DNA of 64,000 nucleotides from an uncultured Gammaproteobacteria bacterium (GTDB lineage Bacteria; Pseudomonadota; Gammaproteobacteria; JABCZS01): NCBI GenBank assembly GCA_964389615.1, contig CAYMDW010000001.1, positions 6,475 to 70,474 of the forward strand, read 5' to 3'. Shown piece by piece: positions 58,398 to 64,000 of this stretch (position 1 is its first letter; each line of letters starts with the position of its first letter). The notes under the pieces were generated by a model. It saw only the letters and a program-made list of their open reading frames with translations, ran no database searches and was not told where the DNA came from. The position numbers and the translations under genes were made by a program.

Positions 58398-59714
58398 TCA
58401 TCCTCGGGCCTTGATCTCGATTTGTTCGGCTGCATGCGTTGACACCCATGCATGCAGCGTCTCCCCATACCCTTCTTTCAAGAGTGCGCTTCGATTAAAG
58501 CTTAATAAAGCGTCGATGTGACTTTCATTAAAATCCTGACGGGCCGCCATTAAGGCTTCCCATGACGGAGGAATGTTATTATCTCGATTGATCACTCCAT
58601 TGCGAATTCCGAGAAGCGTTGTAAACACATAATGCGCATGAGCCAGATCGTTGGAATAACCGAAGCCCCCTCCGCTCTCCCCTTCCCTTCTTTCCAGTCT
58701 CAAGGAAGTTTCAGATAATTTATCCGGGTGATCTGTATTGCGAGCACGCACAAGATTTTCGCCTTCGGTTGGGGGAGAACGTTTTAAACACCCTCCGTCA
58801 AGTTTGCTTTGAGTGAGTGCCGCGACCGTACTCGTTCCAAATCGGGTGCGACCCAAACGAGTAAAGGTAATGGGGGAATAACTTTGAATGGAGGGTAAAA
58901 GCGAGCCGGATTCTTTACCAATCAATTGAAGGGTTGCATAAGCAACAGCCCAGAATAAGGGGGAGGTTTTATGCTCAACGGCTGCATCATAGAACGCATT
59001 TTTGCCCGCTTTCCACAGACTCACGTTGAGATCCACCCCAGAGGTGGGCGCGTCCCTTGGCACAATCACTTGATTGGAACACAAGGCGTCGAAAGAACTG
59101 GCCTCTAAAATAGACTGTTTATGTTCCCGAAGTATGCGCGAAATCTCTGGCCAGTCTGATTCAAGATATTCGGCTTCATGCAGATGGGCATAGTGAGGAG
59201 AATTCACCTGTTCTTTCAAATAGGCCAAGGCTTCGTCTTCGGTTATTTTTAGAGGGAAAGATCCCGTTTTTAAGGCTTGCTGGATATCGGGGAGTGGTCT
59301 TGGGCCAAAATCCACCTGTAATTTCCATTCGGATTGCTTGGCTGCGATGAATTGACGAATCTCATTCACCGTCTTGACGTGTTCAAGCGCAGAGACGGGA
59401 TTGCCCTCAGAATGTTGATGTGAGATAGTAATTTCCCATTTACGAATCCGAGGCAAACTCAGCCTGATTTTCGTGCCTGCTAACAATACTGCATCTGCTT
59501 CCTTGTAGATTCGGTGAATTAATGGAAATCGGGATTTTAACTCAGCACCATGGTCCTTGGCAAAATCATGGGCCCCCTCTCCAAAGACATAAAACTCATC
59601 TTCACTGCCCATCATGATCTGATGACCCGTTGCTTCGATTTCGTTTTGAAGTCGTTCAATCCCCTCGTAGAGACCATTCAATAAACGGGTTTCCATGATT
59701 TTTTGCGCTGACAT
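58398..59714 (-). CDS. hypothetical protein (438 aa), no family recognised
   Basis: Long ORF with typical codon usage. No motif I can assign. Confidence 0.3.
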   Translation of the reverse strand: MSAQKIMETRLLNGLYEGIERLQNEIEATGHQIMMGSEDEFYVFGEGAHDFAKDHGAELKSRFPLIHRIYKEADAVLLAGTKIRLSLPRIRKWEITISHQHSEGNPVSALEHVKTVNEIRQFIAAKQSEWKLQVDFGPRPLPDIQQALKTGSFPLKITEDEALAYLKEQVNSPHYAHLHEAEYLESDWPEISRILREHKQSILEASSFDALCSNQVIVPRDAPTSGVDLNVSLWKAGKNAFYDAAVEHKTSPLFWAVAYATLQLIGKESGSLLPSIQSYSPITFTRLGRTRFGTSTVAALTQSKLDGGCLKRSPPTEGENLVRARNTDHPDKLSETSLRLERREGESGGGFGYSNDLAHAHYVFTTLLGIRNGVINRDNNIPPSWEALMAARQDFNESHIDALLSFNRSALLKEGYGETLHAWVSTHAAEQIEIKARG

Positions 59715-59719
59715 GAGAT

Positions 59720-60562
59720 TTACTCCTTCGAGTGGGAGGATCTTGTGCTGAGACCCAATCCTTTTTCATACAAACTATTTTTCGAAGCGCCTGTGATCTT
59801 CGAAGCAAGACTCGCCGCCTGTTTCAAAGGAAGCTCCGCCATCAACAGCTCAAGCACCTTGTCGACTGTCACCAAGGCGGTGTCTGAGGGTTCTTGCAGG
59901 CCAGAAATCATCACCACAAATTCGCCTTTTTGTTGATTAGGATCGGCAGACACGCGCGTGATTAATTCAGGCAAGGGGGCCGCTAAAATGGTTTCAAATT
60001 GCTTGGTGAGTTCACGGCCAATCACGGCTTCGCGTGGACCCAAGACCTTCAACATATCGGTCAAGCTTTCAAGAACACGGTGAGGGGATTCGTAAAAAAC
60101 CAAGGTACAAGGTTGATGCGCTAGGCTTTCGAGCACCGCGCAACGCTGCGCAGATTTCGCGGGCAAAAACCCTTCGAAATAAAAACGATCGGTCGGTAAG
60201 CCCGAGACACAGAGCGCGGTGATTAATGCACAGGGACCAGGAATGGGAACGACAGTAATCCCCTTATCACGCGCGGCTTTGACCAACAAATAACCCGGAT
60301 CACTGATCAACGGCGTGCCCGCATCGCTGACCAAAGCAATGGATTTTCCGGCCAATAACTGGTCTAATAGCCCCTGCGTACGCGCATGCTCATTGAAGGC
60401 ATGGTATGCTATAGTTTTTGTGCGAATGCCCAAATGCCCGAGCAGGGTTTGGGTTCGGCGCGTGTCTTCAGCCGCAATCATGTCGACTTCGGCTAACACC
60501 GCACGAGCTCGCGCGCTGATATCTTCTAAATTACCCAACGGGGTAGCAACAATGTATAACAT
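59720..60562 (-). CDS. rsmI: 16S rRNA 2'-O-ribose C1402 methyltransferase
   Basis: MLYIVATPLGNLEDISARA...AAEDTRRT tetrapyrrole-methylase-fold signature. Divergent from lpoA as in E. coli yraL-yraM. Confidence 0.85.
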   Translation of the reverse strand: MLYIVATPLGNLEDISARARAVLAEVDMIAAEDTRRTQTLLGHLGIRTKTIAYHAFNEHARTQGLLDQLLAGKSIALVSDAGTPLISDPGYLLVKAARDKGITVVPIPGPCALITALCVSGLPTDRFYFEGFLPAKSAQRCAVLESLAHQPCTLVFYESPHRVLESLTDMLKVLGPREAVIGRELTKQFETILAAPLPELITRVSADPNQQKGEFVVMISGLQEPSDTALVTVDKVLELLMAELPLKQAASLASKITGASKNSLYEKGLGLSTRSSHSKE

Positions 60563-60573
60563 TCGGTGATCAC

Positions 60574-62409
60574 ATGCCTAGGTTAAAAAATACAGTTCGC
60601 ATTGTAACAGTTCTTGCGACCCTTCTGTTCACTCTCTCGGCGGGGGCGGCCTCCGGCAGCTATTCGGGCAGAAAAACCGATCAATTAACCAGTGGCGATA
60701 AATCCGCCCAATATTACTGCGACCAAGCCAAGCAAAGTCAGACCCCTGAAAAAGAGGCTAATCTCCTCTTATGCGCTAATGCCCTGCTCAAAAACCATAA
60801 AACGGCTGAAGCCAAGGATATTCTTGCCAGCATCCGCCATTATTCTTTCCAAGGCAATCTTGCCGCCTTCAAAAACTTAGTCGATGCCCGTTTGGCCTTC
60901 ATGCAAGGAAACCCGCCCCGAGCCATCGCGCTCTTGAAAGAAATTTCTCCTGCCAGCCTTAGCTTGCCTGTGTCGATTGAATACCGTGACTTATTGGCAC
61001 GCGCCTACGAGGCCAATGGCGAATACATCAATAGTGTGACAGAACGCGTCACCCTGGACAGCCTACTTTCTGATCGCGAGATGGCTGAGATCAACAACGA
61101 GCTGATCTGGTCCACATTACAGCAAATCAACCCTCAGACCCTCAAGTCCGCGGCGATCGGGGCACAGAATCATACCCTCCGAGGTTGGCTTGAACTGGCC
61201 ACGATTGAACGCGATTTGAACAGCAATGATCCCAATTACAGGAACACACTCGCTTCCTGGGAAAGCAATTACCGTGGCCATCCTGGCGCAGCTCTCTTGC
61301 CTTCCAATCTCTCTAAAAATCAACTCAGCAATCTTGAGCCTAAACAAATTGCACTCTTACTGCCTTTAAGTGGCAAACTCAGCAGTTCAGCAGAAGCCGT
61401 GCGTGACGGCTTTCTCGCCGCTTCCGCCCTTCATGGCCATTACGAAGGGGACGCCCCCCGTGTCATCGTCCTAGACACACAGGACGATCAAAACGTTTCG
61501 GCGGCTTACCAAAATGCGATGAATCAAGGGGCAGATATCCTCGTCGGGCCGCTCACGAAAAATGGGGTAGAAAGCATGATCAGAGCCGCAAATCGCGATC
61601 TTCCGATCTTAGTCCTCAATTATGTTGATGAACACACCCCCGGCAATTTTGTTGAATTTGGTCTAGCTCCTGAAGACGAAGCCCGCCAAGCAGCTGACCG
61701 TGCCTGGCAAGAAGGCCACATCAATGCACTGATCCTCGCGCAAGAGGGGGATTGGGGCCAACGCCTGACCTCCGCTTTTCGTGAACGTTGGGAAAGCCTG
61801 GGCGGACGAGTCATTGAAACGACCGTTTATTCAACGGGCGAACCCCTCTCCAATCCGATTAAAGCCGCTTTACATATTGATGCCAGTGAAAACCGTGCAA
61901 AACGCATGCGCGATGAAATCAATATGCCACTAGAATACGAGGTCCGTCGTCGTCAAGACATCGATATGGTTTTCATGGCTGCGCAACCGCAAGAAGCACG
62001 GCAAATTCCACCGCTCTTGGCCTTTTATTTCGCCAATGACCTGCCCATTTATGCCACTTCGAGCGTTTACACTGGCTACCCTAACCCGACTGTCGATAAA
62101 GATTTAAATGGCGTCACCTTCTGTGATATTCCTTGGAATATTGACAGTCGCCCCGCAGAAACACAGTCGCGCAACCCAGTACTCAACCTCTGGCCGGCTC
62201 CCTCGCAAGCTCATCCTCGTTTATACGCGCTTGGTGTCGATGCTTATCAAGCCATTGCTCTCTTGCCTAAACTCGAGGCCTTGCCTAATTTTTCGGTCAA
62301 TGGAGCCACCGGAAAACTATCCTTGAGCCCCGATCGTCGGATCACGCGTACCCTGCGCTGCACTAAATTCGTGAATGGCGAACCCAAACGACTGGACTCC
62401 AATGGCTGA
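60574..62409 (+). CDS. lpoA: penicillin-binding protein activator LpoA (YraM-like)
   Basis: N-terminal TPR-like and C-terminal periplasmic-binding-like domain: IALLLPLSGKLSSSAEAVRDGF...LAPEDEARQAADRAW matches E. coli LpoA blocks. Confidence 0.7.
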   Translation: MPRLKNTVRIVTVLATLLFTLSAGAASGSYSGRKTDQLTSGDKSAQYYCDQAKQSQTPEKEANLLLCANALLKNHKTAEAKDILASIRHYSFQGNLAAFKNLVDARLAFMQGNPPRAIALLKEISPASLSLPVSIEYRDLLARAYEANGEYINSVTERVTLDSLLSDREMAEINNELIWSTLQQINPQTLKSAAIGAQNHTLRGWLELATIERDLNSNDPNYRNTLASWESNYRGHPGAALLPSNLSKNQLSNLEPKQIALLLPLSGKLSSSAEAVRDGFLAASALHGHYEGDAPRVIVLDTQDDQNVSAAYQNAMNQGADILVGPLTKNGVESMIRAANRDLPILVLNYVDEHTPGNFVEFGLAPEDEARQAADRAWQEGHINALILAQEGDWGQRLTSAFRERWESLGGRVIETTVYSTGEPLSNPIKAALHIDASENRAKRMRDEINMPLEYEVRRRQDIDMVFMAAQPQEARQIPPLLAFYFANDLPIYATSSVYTGYPNPTVDKDLNGVTFCDIPWNIDSRPAETQSRNPVLNLWPAPSQAHPRLYALGVDAYQAIALLPKLEALPNFSVNGATGKLSLSPDRRITRTLRCTKFVNGEPKRLDSNG

Positions 62410-62761
62410 TCCGACCTCTCGTGAACAGGGCCTCTTTGCCGAAACCCTGGTGTTGAAACATTTACAAACCCAGGGCCTTCGCCTCGTCACCCATAATTAT
62501 CAGCTGAAACTCGGGGAGATCGACCTCATCATGCGCGAGGGCGAGATTCTCGTTTTTATCGAGGTTCGGGCTCGAGAAAATTTTGACGAAATCCATCCCT
62601 TCGAAACCGTGACAAAGGCTAAACAAGGACGTATCATTAGCACCGCGAAGCATTATTTGTGGACTCATGATCTGCTGGATACCTGCCCTTGCCGGTTTGA
62701 TGTCGTGGCGGTCAATTTGTCAAGTTTGGAAATTGACTGGGTTAAAGACGCGTTTTATTAG
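62402..62761 (+). CDS. yraN: YraN-family (UPF0102) putative endonuclease
   Basis: AETLVLKHLQTQGLRLVTHNYQLKLGEIDLIMREGEILVFIEVRAR. Confidence 0.7.
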   Translation: MADPTSREQGLFAETLVLKHLQTQGLRLVTHNYQLKLGEIDLIMREGEILVFIEVRARENFDEIHPFETVTKAKQGRIISTAKHYLWTHDLLDTCPCRFDVVAVNLSSLEIDWVKDAFY

Positions 62762-62796
62762 AGCGGTACTCCGACCTCATCCGCTCTCCCAATTAA

Positions 62797-63414
<618 letters not shown>

Positions 63415-63984
63415 ATGAAAAAAACAGTAGTACTTGCTTTAACCAGTTCCATCCTTCTCTCCGCTTGTGGCCCCGCGATTGTCACCACCGCCACCACCGG
63501 GGTTACGGTCATGCACGACCGTCGGACCGCCGGCACCATCGTGGAAGACAAGGCGATTGAAATGCGGGCCGCTCACGAATTGCATATTCGGCCCGAACTG
63601 AAAGAAGATGCGCGCATCAAAGTGGTCAGCTACAACCGTCGCGTGCTTTTACTCGGCCAAGTGCCCAATAGTCAACGCTCGAAAGAAATTGAAAAAATGG
63701 CCAGCGAGATTGCAGAAGTCGTGAAAGTGTACAACGAGTTGGAGGTCGCCGAACCCATTTCCGTCACCACCATCTCTCATGACAGCTGGCTCACGACCAA
63801 AGTCAAAGCCAGTGCTTTTGGCGACGTGAACGTGGATCCCATCCGCGTGCGGGTTTACACCGAAGATGGCACGGTGTATTTGATGGGCCTGGTTTCTCGC
63901 GAAGAAGCCGATTGGGCGACGGAAAATGTTCGTAATATTGATGGGGTCGAACGCGTTGTTCGCGTCTTCGATTATTTAGATTAA
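63415..63984 (+). CDS. dolP: BON-domain outer-membrane lipoprotein DolP (YraP)
   Basis: Lipobox LLSAC. Two BON-like repeats. Synteny. Confidence 0.7.
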   Translation: MKKTVVLALTSSILLSACGPAIVTTATTGVTVMHDRRTAGTIVEDKAIEMRAAHELHIRPELKEDARIKVVSYNRRVLLLGQVPNSQRSKEIEKMASEIAEVVKVYNELEVAEPISVTTISHDSWLTTKVKASAFGDVNVDPIRVRVYTEDGTVYLMGLVSREEADWATENVRNIDGVERVVRVFDYLD

Positions 63985-64000
63985 CTCACTACGAAGTCCC

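Overview
This 64 kb window is a chromosomal segment of a gammaproteobacterium, almost all on the minus strand, mixing conserved core loci with many lineage-specific insertions. The inserted genes are eukaryotic-like or effector-like (ankyrin repeats, a PPP-type phosphatase, a cyclin-box-like protein, large coiled-coil paralogs). From these I infer an intracellular, Legionellales-like organism. I cannot verify this without a database search.

Core loci recognised from protein sequence:
- ung
- thrS-infC-rpmI-rplT-[2.3 kb insertion]-pheS-pheT-ihfA, followed by a MerR-family regulator
- a tRNA-dihydrouridine synthase
- secA with a NUDIX/ThiE-like fusion protein downstream
- a complete dcw cluster: mraZ-rsmH-ftsL-ftsI-murE-murF-mraY-murD-ftsW-murG-murC-murB-ddl-ftsQ-ftsA-ftsZ-lpxC, with an MraZ operator upstream
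- the RNase P RNA gene rnpB immediately upstream of mraZ
- tRNA-Val(GAC)
- the rsmI / lpoA-yraN-diaA-dolP block

Accessory content, in window order:
- an AbiEi/AbiEii toxin-antitoxin module, truncated at the window start
- a FadL-family outer-membrane protein
- a UDP-sulfoquinovose-synthase-like gene overlapping a GT-A glycosyltransferase
- two tandem paralogous ~900 aa coiled-coil proteins with poly-serine tracts, sharing a ~1.2 kb near-identical direct repeat
- a convergent gene pair (2-TM protein plus PPP-like phosphatase) inserted into the thrS-pheT operon
- a tRNA-Val-linked islet with a cyclin-box-like protein and an ankyrin-repeat protein
- an insert between secA and lpxC holding a DUF721-like protein, a C-terminally anchored 539 aa protein and MipA
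- a cluster of two paralogous beta-barrel outer-membrane proteins, each stop/start-overlapped (ATGA) with a partner gene: a TPR-containing GT-C-like membrane protein and a secreted S9 peptidase

Other unusual points: pheT lacks the B2 domain and has a frameshift at its 3' end, a ~30 bp palindromic element occurs twice, and the ftsZ-lpxC spacer holds a GC hairpin next to an 11-G tract. No CRISPR array, rRNA, IS element or prophage was seen. All assignments rest on reading the six-frame translations and the DNA by eye. No database search was run.
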